From Emiliania huxleyi CCMP1516 (Eukaryota), in NCBI RefSeq assembly GCF_000372725.1, contig NW_005201551.1:280520-344519 (forward strand): a stretch of DNA of 64,000 nucleotides. The letters run 5' to 3'. Position numbers and translations under genes: made by a program. The notes beneath the pieces were generated by a model that did no database searches, was not told where the DNA came from, and worked only from the letters and a program-made list of their open reading frames with translations. The first letter of the stretch is position 1; each line of letters opens with the position of its first letter. Of this stretch, positions 35,932 through 47,900 are shown piece by piece.

Positions 35932-38900
35932 ATGCTGCTCTCCTGTTTGGCGCTGTCGCCGTCCGACGCCTCGCCGACGCCGGCAGGCCGCGGTGAGCCA
36001 TCAACCACGCCTCCGCGCGCCGCGCTGCCGCTGCTGCTTCCAGAAGCCGCCTCCACCAAATTGGTGCCAAAGTCCCGCCGTAGTAGCCGCGGGCGATGTT
36101 TGCAACACTGGACGTAGAGCGGCACGGCGGCGATGACCCGGGCGCTTCAGAGGGCCTCTGGCCACCGTACACACACACATTCACAAGCAAGTACACACAG
36201 GCACCGCGCCTCAGCCGCGTCGGTACATGCAGGCGCTGCAGCCCGAGGCGCTGGACTACGTCGCTGGCCTGCGCGGGCCGGTGGCGGTGGTGGCAGCGAT
36301 CGGCCAGTACCGGAGCGGCAAGTCGTTTCTGCTCAACCAGCTGATGCGGCTCAACTGCAGCGAGGGCTTCCAGGACACTTTCATAGACATGTCACAACAA
36401 CCGCGGCTCCAGGACACTTAAAAACATAGACAGCTCACAAAGCACCGCGGCTCGAGGCCACTCTCGTAGACAGTTCACACTCCAGTCACACACACGTGCG
36501 GGACCGGTCACGCGCACATGTACATGTGAGGCGCCTCCGGTGCACGCCTCCATTGCCCAATGCATCCCTCATCCGTCTCTTCACACGCCGGTGGCCGCGA
36601 GCAGGTCGGGCACCGGCGGGATTACCCGAGATTACCCGAGATTACCCGAGATTACCCGAGATTACCCGAGCAGGTCGGGCACCGGCGGGACGCGCAGACC
36701 AAAGGAGTGTGGCTGTACGGGCAGCGCGCCGAGGCGTTCGGAGGCCCCGGAGGCGCCACGGTCCTCTTTCTTTAATTGTTTAACGAGTCGCACTTGACTA
36801 ACCACAGGGGAATTGAGTACAGGCGCCACGGTTCTCTTTCTCGACTCCGAGGGGTTCGAGGGGACGGGGAAGGCGGCTGCGTACGACGACCGCATCTTTG
36901 CGTTTGCGGCGCTGTCCGCTGCGGCTCGGGTAATCTCGGGCAATCTCGGGTAATCTCGGGTAATCTCGAGCAGGTGCTGTCCGCGGCGGCGGTGCTCATT
37001 CTAGGAACCTTCTAGGAACCTTCAGGAGCCTTCTAGGGTACTTCTAGGTGCTGTCCGCGGCGGCGGTGCTCTACAATCTGGTGGAGGGCCGTCCGAGAGG
37101 CGGCGCTTTCAATGATAACCAATGAATGAGTTCGTTTTCATTGTATGAAAGGTGGAGACTACTCGAGAGGGGCGGCGCCCTTTTAGTTCACTCTCAAGTA
37201 ACGAATCGCCTTTCCTTAAATGAAAGGTGGAGACCATCCGAGAGGCGGACATCGCGAAGCTGGCCTTCGCTGTTAATTAATAATTAGTTAAAGGCTCTGA
37301 TAATTAATTACAGGCGGACATCGCGAAGCTGGCCTTCGCCGCGCAGCTGGCGTCGGAGTTCTGGCGCCGCACTAGCGGCGAGGCGGGCGGAGGAGGCGGG
37401 GGAGAGGGCGAGGGCGGCGGCGGCGAGGGGAGCGACAGTGGCGATGGCGGCGGCGGCGAGGAAGGCGGAGGGAAGGGTCGCGGCACGGCGCGGCGGCGGT
37501 GGGCTCCTCCTGCAATGCTCTGGCGTGTGCAGCGCCGACGTCTTTAAGTCATTAACGAATCGTGATGAATTAATTGGAGGGAATTGAGTCCAGGCGTGTG
37601 CGACGTCTTTAATTAGTTAAACCAATCGTCCCTATCTAATCAGAGGTGGTTAGTCACAGGCTTGTGCAGCGCGACTTCTTGCAAGGAGGGTCGGTGGAGG
37701 AGTATCTGCGGCAGGCGCTTAGTTATTACTAAGGGTAATGAATTAAGGGTCATGAATTAAGGGGAATTAATTAAGGTCGGTCGAGGAGTCCTTGCGGCAG
37801 GCGGCTCAATGAACTAATTACTACCCCTCCATTAAGGGTACTTAATTGAGGTGGAGGAGTCCTTGCGGCAGGCGCTGCAGCCGGTCTAGCCGCCTAGAAG
37901 CAGACATACGTATTCTTACACTCCAACAAGCGCTCGAGAGACGTACTCAGCCGTATGATTCGGCCGTGTTCACTGTAGTCGCCCCCCTCGTATTCAAACG
38001 GTGCTCTGAAGACGCTGCACAGTACCGCCTTCCCGCCCCCGAGGTTGTTGGCGGATTCGTGACTTGTAGGTCGAGCACGCTCCGACGGACGCGCAGGCGG
38101 GGCAGCCGAGAGTACCCGAGAGGACCCGAGAGGACCCGAGAGGACCCGAGAGGACCCGAGAGGACCCGAGAGGACCCGAGATTACCCGAGAGTACCCGAG
38201 AGGAGCCGAGAGTACCCGAGAGTACCCGAGAGTACCCGGGATTGTCCGAGACGCCCAGGCGAGGCAGCTCTGACTCGGTGTTAGCTAGCTGTGAACTCGT
38301 TGTGAACTCGTTGTGAATTCGTTGTGAACTCGTTGTCAACTCGTTGTCAACTCGTTGTCAACTCGACGCGCAGGCGGGGCAGCTCAACGCCATCCGCCGC
38401 ACACTGCGCTCCTTCGGCGGCATGCGCGGCCTCGGCTTACCGCAGCCCCACCCTTCCCGAACGTCCCTCTGCGACCTCCCGCCCGATCAGCTAGCGGCAG
38501 AGTACCGGGCGGGCATGCAGGCTGTGCGGGAGTGGGTCGGTTCTGTTGCGCAACGGCGGAGGAGGCGGGCGCCGGCGGCGGAGGCGGAGGCGGAGGCGGA
38601 GGCGGAGGCGGAGGAGGCGGAGGAGGCGGAGGCGGCGGAGCGGCCAGTTGCGTCACGCGTTGGGACGACTGCAGCAGACGCGATGGCGATGGCAAATGGG
38701 AATGGGAGGGTGTGGGGCAGTGGCAAGGAGCTGGCGGGGGCGGTGCGGAAGCTGGTGGAGGCGCTCAACGCCAACGCCATCCCGACGGCCGGCTCCGTCA
38801 TCGACTCTTTCAACAACGAGGCGATCCCGTTGATTAATTATTGATTACAGAGGCAGTGATGAAATGATCAACAGATTGACTCGTTCAACAACGAGGCGAC

Positions 38901-39648
38901 CCCGTTGATGAATTATTGGTTACAGAGGGCAGTTATGAAATGATCAACAGATTGACTCGTTCAACAACGAGGCGATCCCGTTGATGAATTATTGATTACA
39001 GAGGCAGTTATGAAATGATCAACAGATTGACTCGTTCAACAACGGGGCGATCCCGTTGATGAATTATTGATTACAGAGGCAGTTATGAAATGATCAACAG
39101 ATTGATCTCCTTCATTGTCAAGACGAGTTGTGAAGAGTCGATGGCTGATTAACTACTCACTGACGCCTTCCACAACGAGGCACTCGTTGTTAAGATTCGA
39201 CGACGCACTAACTCACCCCTACTGGCGCCGTCCACAACCAGGCCCGCGCGACGGCGCTGGCGACGCTGCGGGCGGATGCCGAGAAGAGCGTTCCGCTGCA
39301 GCCCGACGAATTGTGGTCGTTCACGCCGCCGGTCGTTCACACACAGGCGGATGCGGAGGCGCTCCCGCTGCCGATGGTCGAGGCTCGGCTCGCCTCCTCC
39401 CTCGCCGCCTCCGTCGCCGCCGCCGAGCGGGCGCTGCGCCGGCGCGTGTTTGGCGGGGGGGCGGGGGGGGGGGGGGGGCCCCTGAAATTAATGAATATTA
39501 ACTCCTACCCCTTTTAATTCATAGGCCCCTGTTTGGCGGGGGGGCGGGGGGGCGGCTGGCGGCGGCAAACATGGCGGCGGTCCCTAAAGCGGCCGGCGAG
39601 AGGTAGCCGAGATGGCGTCGAGATATAGCGGGGATTGAGGAGGGGAGG

Positions 39649-39682
<34 letters not shown>

Positions 39683-39707
39683 CAGAGAGAGAGAGAGACA
39701 GAGAGAC

Positions 39708-39764
<57 letters not shown>

Positions 39765-42147
39765 CAGAGAGACAGAGAGACAGAGAGACAGAGAGACAGA
39801 GAGACAAACAGTTATTGAAACGTATTCAGGCGACGCCAACTTCCGCGCGTCACACGCCCAGTGCCGCCTGCTCTGGTCTCGCTGCGCCGCCTCCCTCGCC
39901 GCCCTCCGCGCCGTGTTGCTGCCCTCCCGCCGCCGCTTCCACGCGCGCGTCGAGCGCTGCAACGACACATTGAGGTTTATTATTATCATTGCTACTGTTG
40001 TTGTTGTTGTTGTTATTACTATTATGATTAGTGGCATCACTATTTCTTATCATCGCTGTTTATTGGTATTCATGAGCATCGCTACTTACTATTGCCATTA
40101 CTCTACTGTGATTGTGATCCTCACTGTTGTTGTTATATTGTTACCATTCTGATTGTTGTCATTCCTACTTTAGCGGCTGCGTTGGGCCGGCGGCGGCGGA
40201 GTATCACGAGAGGCTGGCGCTGGAGGCGGGGAAGGGCGAGGAGGAGTTCAATGCGCGCTTCCACGGCCAGCTGTCCCACGCCCTCTTCCTGTTGTGCGTT
40301 GGCGGCATCCTCACCTTCTGCGACGTGGTCGTGAGCGCACTGATGAATCTTAACTAATAATTAATGAGTATTAATTCATAGGCATCCTCACCTTCTGCGA
40401 CGTGGTCGTGAGCGCACTGATGAATCTGAACTAATAAGTAATGAGTATTAATTCATAGGCATCCTCACCTTCCGCTACGTGGCCGTGAGCGCCTTAATGA
40501 ATCTTGATTAATATCAATTAGTATTCATGCATAGGCATCCTCACCTTCCGCTACGTGGCCGTGAGCGCATTAAATAATCTGAAGATTGATCTTAATAATT
40601 CAATTCATAGGCATCCTCACCTTCCGCTACGTGGCCGTGAGCGCCTTAATGAATCTTGATTAATATCAATTAGTATTCATTCATAGGCATCCTCACCTTC
40701 CGCTACGTGGCCGTGAGCGCATTACACAATCTGAAGATTGATCTTAATAATTCAATTCATAGGCATCCTCACCTTCCGCTACGTGGCCGTGAGCGCCCTC
40801 GCCGAGGTGGGCTGCCGGCTGCTGCTGCCTTAAGAGCTGGGGCCGCGTCCTGTGACCGCGTGATCCGGTGTGATCTGGTGTGACCACAGGTCGGCTGCTG
40901 GCTGCTGTTAATTAATAGCAATCAAGATGAACTAATCTCGGCCGATCTCGCGGAGGTGGGCTGCTGGCTGCTGCTGGCGTCGGTGGAGCTGCTGCCCAGG
41001 CTGGCCAAGCTTTAAATAAATAAATAAAAACGGACACCTCTCTACTGTGAGATGGGTAAAAAGGAACAGGTCCCCGCCCTTGCGATCTTTGTGCAGGGTT
41101 CTTTGTTGGCCAAGCCAAGTTTTGCTTCTCAGATAGATTGGCATCCATAATCACTATGATACGAGTTAATGAGCTCAAGCTGCGTCTTCGCAGGCTGGCT
41201 GCGCTCGCCCAGTTCTCGCCCGTCGCCGCAGCTACTGCGTCGGTCTGGGAGATATGGGGAGATATGGGGAGATACGGGGAGATAGTGTCCCCCCATCCCC
41301 AGGGCCTTCAGGGCTCACACCTCACCCTCTCACAGACCAGCTCGCAGCGCCATAGGACGTATTTCCTTCTCAACAACAAGGCGTGTGAATAGGTCTGGGA
41401 GACGGCGGCGGGGAAGGTGGCTGTCGATTGGTACGAAGGCGATTAATTAATTGGGCGATGAATTCAGATTTATCAATTAAAGGCGGCTGTCGAGTGGTAC
41501 GAGGCGATTAAATCAGTGAATTGGGCGATGAATTCATATGTGTCAGTTAAAGGCGGCTGTCGAGTGGTACGAAGGCGATTAATTAATTGGGCGAGTAATT
41601 CAGATTTATCAATTAAAGGCGGCTGTCGAGTGGTACGAGGCGATTAAATCAGTGAATTGGGCGAGTAATTCAGATTTCTCAGTTAAAGGCGGCTGTCGAG
41701 TGGTACGAGGCGGTGGTGTTCAATCCGGTGGCGGATTTGGACAACCTGCTGCTGCCGCTGGCCGCCGGCCTCCTCGCCGTCTGCACTGCGCGATACTGCC
41801 GCCGCTGCGCGCGCGCCACGCGCCGCTGGCGAGGGCGATCAGCTGGCGAGATGCAGCCGAGATGCAGCCGAGATGCAGCCGAGATGCAGCCGAGATGCAG
41901 CCGAGATGCGGGCGAGATGCGGCCGAGATGCAGCCGAGATGCAGCCGAGATGCGGCCGAGATGCAGCCGAGATACACCCGTTGCAGCCGATGTACGCCCG
42001 CCCGAGAACGCCCGAGATGATCCGAGATCACCCGAGATTTCCGAGCTCAGGCAGCTACCGGCACGTCGGCGGCGGCGACGACGACGACGACGAGGAGGAG
42101 GAGGACGATCTCTCGGGGTCGAGGCACGTCTCCGGTCGCTGGCCTGA
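35932..42147 (+). CDS. Guanylate-binding protein/atlastin-family GTPase with C-terminal TM segments
   Basis: PVAVVAAIGQYRSGKSFLLNQL (G1), QTKGVW (G2), FLDSEGF (G3), DDRIFAFAAL, LWLVQRDF, LPQP; hydrophobic segments at ~40280, 40770 and 41750. Confidence 0.9.
37884..38069 (+). mobile_element. Introner-like intron, copy A (GBP gene)
   Basis: GCCTAGAAGC..AGCGCTCGAG..CGGTGCTCTGAAGAC.CTGC..CCCGCCCC..TAG; starts GTCTAGC, next exon starts GTCGAGC. Confidence 0.8.
38803..39110 (+). repeat. About 75-bp tandem array, 4 copies, intronic
   Basis: GACTCGTTCAACAACGAGGCGATCCCGTTG plus AT-rich spacer. Confidence 0.9.
40304..40797 (+). repeat. Acceptor + exon-start array, 7 copies, 76-77 bp period
   Basis: GGCATCCTCACCTTC..ACGTGG.CGTGAGCGC at 40304, 40381, 40458, 40534, 40610, 40686 and 40762; spacers end CATAG. 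Confidence 0.92.
41414..41712 (+). repeat. Acceptor + exon-start array, 5 copies, 66/70 bp alternating period
   Basis: AAGGCGGCTGTCGAGTGGTACGA repeated with AT-rich spacers. Confidence 0.9.
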
Positions 42148-43106
42148 CNNNNNNNNNNNNNNNNNNNNNNNNNNNNNNNNNNNNNNNNNNNNNNNNNNNN
42201 NNNNNNNNNNNNNNNNNNNNNNNNNNNNNNNNNNNNNNNNNNNNNNNNTTTCCCCCCCCCCTTTTTTCCCCCCCCCCCCCCCCTCCCTCCCCCCCCCCAT
42301 CCTCCTCCAGCCCTTTCCCCGCCGAGGAACAACATTCACTTAGCGGCGCGCTAAATTCTTAACGACTCGACTACTGCGCAGGACGACGGGATGTGGACAA
42401 GATGTGGTCGAAGCTCCTCGAACATCTCCCCTCCCAGTCAAAGCGGGTTGAGCCCCCTTCCCTTAATTCACAGCTCGAGGCTCGGTGGCTCTTGACACGT
42501 CCTGGGAGTCTCTCGGAGTAACTCTCGTCCATCTCTCAATAGGCCAGCTGTCGCGGCTCGAGCGGGCCTCCCGCCCCACCAGCCCGGGAGAGGTGGAGCT
42601 GCTGCCTCGCGCGGCGTGAGGCTACACACCACGGCTTTACACCATGCGAGGTCACTCGAGAGTACACATACGCGACGAGTACGCGGGAGGATGGTGCGTC
42701 GTTATCCGATGACGACCGAGCGACCGGCACCCTCCCGGCGCACCGGTGCCGGTGCCGGTCCGCGCGCTGCAGCGCACCTCCTCGCCCTCCCCCCTCTCTT
42801 TCCGATGTCTGGTACGATTACAAAAAGTCTGGTTTGTAGAGTGTTGGTACGCCACGTCTCCCTCGCCCCTCGGCCTCCCTCCCCCGCGCGCACGCGCGCC
42901 AAAGATGAATGGCAATATGGCCAATGCGCACAAGCCACAACACATCTGGGCAACGCGCAAGCAATGAAGGTTCATCTGTGCATGATTGTGGGTGACTCTG
43001 ACTAGCTGCACACGCGGCCGTGCCGGTCTGTGACGCTCTCTGCCGAGCTCGCACGGCGGTCCCGCCGGGCCCCGCGCCCTCGCCACCCGGCCGGGGCTGG
43101 AGAGGC

Positions 43107-43895
43107 TCAGCAGAGGTCGATGCCGCGCTCCTCGCACACGGCCACCAGCTCAGGCTGCTTCTTGTTCGGGTAGCCCACCTCGAGCTTCTGCACGCGACGG
43201 GAGGCGCGATGAGCATTGGGCGGGGGAGGGGCGTGTGGCGAGGGGGGGAGGCGTCTCGCGCCTTCAAGCTCGGGGCGGCCCCCTCCTTGAGGGCGGCGGC
43301 CAGCGCCTTGCAGCCCTCGTCGCCAATCTTGTTGCCGCCGAGATAGAGCGTCTCGAGCCGCGGCGCTGCCCCGCTCGCGAGGACCTCCGCCAGCTGCGCC
43401 GCCTCCGCGTCGCCCCAGCCGAGCATGCCGTAGCCCAGCACGGTCGCCTTGCCAAACTGCTCCTTGAAGGCGGCCTCGTACAGCCGCTTCACCAGCGGCT
43501 TGTCGTCCTTGCCGTTGGTGAAGCTCTTCGTCTCAAGCTCCGCCGCGAACGCAGACGGCAGCAGCGGAGGGCGCCGGCCGCCGTCCTGGATGCAGTCGGT
43601 GATGAGGTTGACGAAGTCGTACTCCACGCCGGCGCGCATCTTGCCGAGGTCGAGCGAGAGGGTCCAGGCCTTTGTCAGGCCAGCCCAGCTCTGCTCGGTG
43701 TAGCACCAGCCGCGGTCAAAGTACTTGGCCACGTTGGTGCCTTCGGCCTGGTTCTCCGCCTTGTGGCCGTCCGGGAAGGAGGTCAGCCGCAGCACCCAAG
43801 TGTGCGGGTGGGAGTAGAGCGTGCCGAGGCAGCCCAGCCCCTGCTTGAAGAGCGCGTTCTGCTCCTCGGTGCGCAGGACGCCGTTGGCGGGGTCG
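43107..43895 (-). pseudogene. HET/TIR-like + LRR protein, copy 4, 5'-truncated
   Basis: Homology begins at DPANGVLRTEEQ; upstream is replaced by repeat sequence (43896-43930, matches 53688-53720); same terminal GC-AG intron. Confidence 0.8.
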
Positions 43896-44983
43896 TGGCA
43901 AATCAAGACACAGAGCTCACACAGAATCACAGCGGGAGGAAAGCGGCGAGTCGCAATTCCAGGGGTCGTTGTGGCGGGCCACCCTGTCTTCTTTGCCGTG
44001 TTAGTGGCAAAGTCGCGTCGATCTTTTTCTTGACCCAGTATCGTAGTCTTTGTTAGTATCGAGGTCTCGCGAGTTTTGGGGGTTCTCGGCGCCGCGACAG
44101 CGCTGCGAGCGGCGCGATGCCACGGCGCTTGGCCTGCTGAGAGAAGAGCTTCCCGGACGGCAGTGACAAGTTACCCGACATCAATCGTCGACGGCAACCT
44201 CGAGAACTGCGCCTCCAAAGTCGCCCAGATTCGCCTCTCGCGGCGCGCTGAGTTAGTATCGCCGGTGCGCCAGCAGGCTCTGCTCCACAGCAGGGCATGC
44301 CCGACTGGCTCCTGCTAGCCGTGCGTCCTGGTGGCATCCATTGCCAGCTCAGGTAGCCTCAGGAGGTCGCCTCGCGCACGACGCGGCGTCGCACAGCACC
44401 GCTCAGCGTTACTACCGAGTTAGTATCGTCGACCCACAGAGACTGCTCTTCTGTAGGTGGAGCCGACAAACGCCGGCCGGATCGGCGCCGCCGCCCCCAT
44501 CGCCGCCGCCGGGGCGGCGGCGGCCTCGGCGGACCATCCGGCGCGCCGCGCGCCCGTCGGGGAGGTGTTCACCACCCCTGGCTCCTCACCCCGCCACGCC
44601 TTCGTGCGGACGCCGTGGCACCCACCTCAGGCGCCGCTCGGACTCGGTTGACGGCCACCCAAGTGCTTGGCTCGTGCCAAGCCGACCGGCAGGCGATTCC
44701 CAGTCACTGCTAGGCTAATCTCGGGCTGTCCTGCGTCAGTGTGGTGCCGTGAGGGGCGCCGCCCCCAAAACTACGATCGTTAGTACCGTGTAGGGGCAGT
44801 GCATTTAATTCTGTCACAAATCCAAATCTGCTCCGTGGAGCTTATTGGGCTAGGATCATACGTCCGGGAGGCCCCCCATGCGTGCCGTAACGATCGACAG
44901 CGATCTGGCTACTCTGTTCACGTTCACACCTCGAAACCCCCCATAACCCCGATACAGGAGGTAGCCGGCCCGGCACCCGCTCG

Positions 44984-47900
44984 ATGACAGCGCTCGCTCG
45001 CTCGCTGCTGCTCTTCACCGCCCTCCTCTCGCCTTCCCTGGCCGTCGCAGCGGTTAGCGGCGTCGCGCCCTCCAATCCTCCCTCCGCGTGCGTCGACGGC
45101 GGCGACGGCAAACTGAGGGTGCTCCTCATCGCTCCCGCGTGGCCGTGGGGATTTGGCGCCTACCAGAGCCAACTCTCGACGCTCGGCGCCGCCCTCGTCG
45201 ACCTCGGTTACGCCGTGGTGTGGAACGCGGCGTTTCGGCCCGGAGTGCTCCCCGACCCGGACAGAGTCTACACCTTCTCCGAGGCGTCGCTGCTCGCAGC
45301 GGGCGGCGACGGCCGACTGCCGACGGAGAGCGCGCCGTCCGCCGCCACCGCCGCCCGCTCGTCGCGGTTCGGCTTCATCGACGTGCCGCTTCCCGAGGCG
45401 TACTGGGGCCGCGGCAACGGCGTCCTCGTCTCGGCCGTCGATGCGGCGGCGAGACGACACGCCATCGACGCCGTGATCCTCTTGCTCGACGCAAACCTGG
45501 CATCTCGCGATATCTCGCCACATCTCCTCGTATCTCCATCTCTCCATCTCTGACCGTCTCTCCCCATATCTCCCCACCTCTCGCCATCAAGACAGTGCCG
45601 AGGCTACCTCGTCGGCCGCGCGAGTGTGAGCTGGCTTCGCCGCGCTGTGAATAGGTGCTGAGCGACGTGGACCGCACCCGGCCCTACTCCGTCTTTTGGT
45701 TCCCGTCGCACTTTGACGCGTTTGTCCCGTCGCAGCGGCGCGCGCCTTAATTGATTAATTCGAAACTCCTTATTAATTTATAAAGAGGCATTGAGCGGAG
45801 GCACCCACGCGCAGCACACCGGCGAGGGGCTCCAGCACACCCGACGCCGCGGGGCTAGCGCGCACAGATGGCAACACGCACAGATGGCCTGAGACGGCCG
45901 AAAGCTGCGACCGACACCCGCCCGGTAGGCGCGCGCTGTTAAATTGATGATGAATCAATCAATATCTGACCGACACCCGCCCGGTACGCAGGCGAGCGCT
46001 CTCCGCTTTCGACGCCATCGCTGCGCTGGCGCCGTCGGCAGAGCAGCCTAGAAGCGCAAGGCGTACTCATCGGTTCCCACTAGCGCTCGAGCGGACACGT
46101 ATTCAGCCGTACTCGCAGCCCCTCGTACTCACGCGGTGCTCCAAATACACTGCACAACACCGTCCTCCCGCCCCGAGGTTGACGCACTCAGCACGTAGGC
46201 GGAGCAGATGCTTCGCGAGTCGCCGGCCGAGAGCGGTGAGTTTGACCCGGCCAGCAAATGGGTCGGCACCATCCCGCATGTGGCGGAGCCGCCGCCAGGG
46301 CTGCACGAGGCCTTCTACGGGGATGGCCTCGGTGGGATCGACGCGCTCCGCCCGTCGCTGCGCCGCAAGCACGGTATGCCGACCGCCGCGTTTGTCGCGC
46401 TGGTCAACTGTGGCAACTACGACGCGGTGAACCGAAAGGCGCTGGATGTGGCGGTGCTGGCGTTCAAGGCGCTGCGAGAGACGGTGGCGGGGGCGCACCT
46501 CTTTCTCAAAGTGATGTCTACCGCGCACATCCTCGCTGCCGAGGGCAACGGGCTGCCGGAGCAACACACCGCCGACCCCGCAATCAGCCTGGCGGGGCTG
46601 CTGCGGGCCGCAGGGCTGCCAGCAGGCTCCTTCACAGTGGAGGACCGGGTGCTGGACTGGAGTGCCTCGTGGGAGATGCTGGCAGCAGCGGACGTCCTGC
46701 TGATGCCATCGAAGAGCGAAGGGTTCGGCTTGCCGCTGCTCGAGGCGCAGCGCGTTGGCACACCCGCCGTCACCACCGCGTTCGGCGCTATGGCGGACTA
46801 CACGTGGCATGGCCTCTCTGTTCCGTTTGTGCAGCGCAGCTTTCTCAGCGACGGCTTCGCCGCCACGCCGAGTGTGGCCGGTACCGCGGACGCACTGCGC
46901 AGGGTCGCAGCTGGAGAGTTGTCAGCATCGACGCGGGAGGCTGCTGCCCGCCGCATACGCGCCGAGCTCTCTTCGGCGGCGGTGGGGCGGCGGTTTCACG
47001 AGCTGCTGCTGCGGGGCGTCTGTGGGGAGGGGGGCGAGGAGGAGGGGTTGGGCGAGGCGGAGGCGGGGAAGGAGGAGGAGGAAGCAGCGGCGGCGGAGGA
47101 GGAGGCGGCGGAGGGAGAGCAGGAGGAGGAGGAGGCGGAGGCCGAGGCGGGGCAGGAGGGCGAGGGCGAGGAGGAGGAGGAGGAGGAGGCAGCGGCAGGG
47201 CAGGAGGGCGAGGGTGAGGAGGACGAGGGCGAGGGGTCGTCCGTGTCGATCAGCGAGTGGCTGCCATCGCCCGGGCGCGGCAGCCGCGTCGCCTCCGCCG
47301 CCGACCCCGCCGCCGCCAACGCGCCGCCGCCACCCTCCACCACCACCACCGCCGCCGTCACTGCGGTTGCGCGTCACTCGGAGTGCACAGGGGAGAACGC
47401 GCTTCTGATGCGGACTCGGGAGGACGGCGTGTGCAGCAACGACGGCGCAGGAGCAGGAGCAGGTGGGGAAGCAGGAGCAGGGGGCGAATGGGGAGCAGCA
47501 GCAGCAGCAGGAGGAGGAGGAGGAGGAGGAGGAGGCGGCGGAGACGGAGGAGCAGGAGGAGGAGGAGGAGGAGGAGGCGATGTTGGTGTTTGGGTGGTGG
47601 CGGCTCCAGTCACTATCATTAACTGAGTAATAGGTGTTGATGGAGTGACTGGGTGGAGTTTGGTCGGAGGAGGCGGCGCAGGGGATTTGCCCCCGGCCCG
47701 AGTCCATGGGTGCTCAATAACTAATCATTAACCACGTACCGAACAGGCGAGGGGGCGGCCGCCGACGCGAGTCCATGGGTGGTCAATTAATTGATCGTTA
47801 ACAACTGATAGGAGGGGGCGGCCCCCGTCCCGAGTCCGTAGGGGATGCGTTCGTGATCAGTAACTAGTCATTAACAATTGGTAGGCGAGGGGACGGCCGC

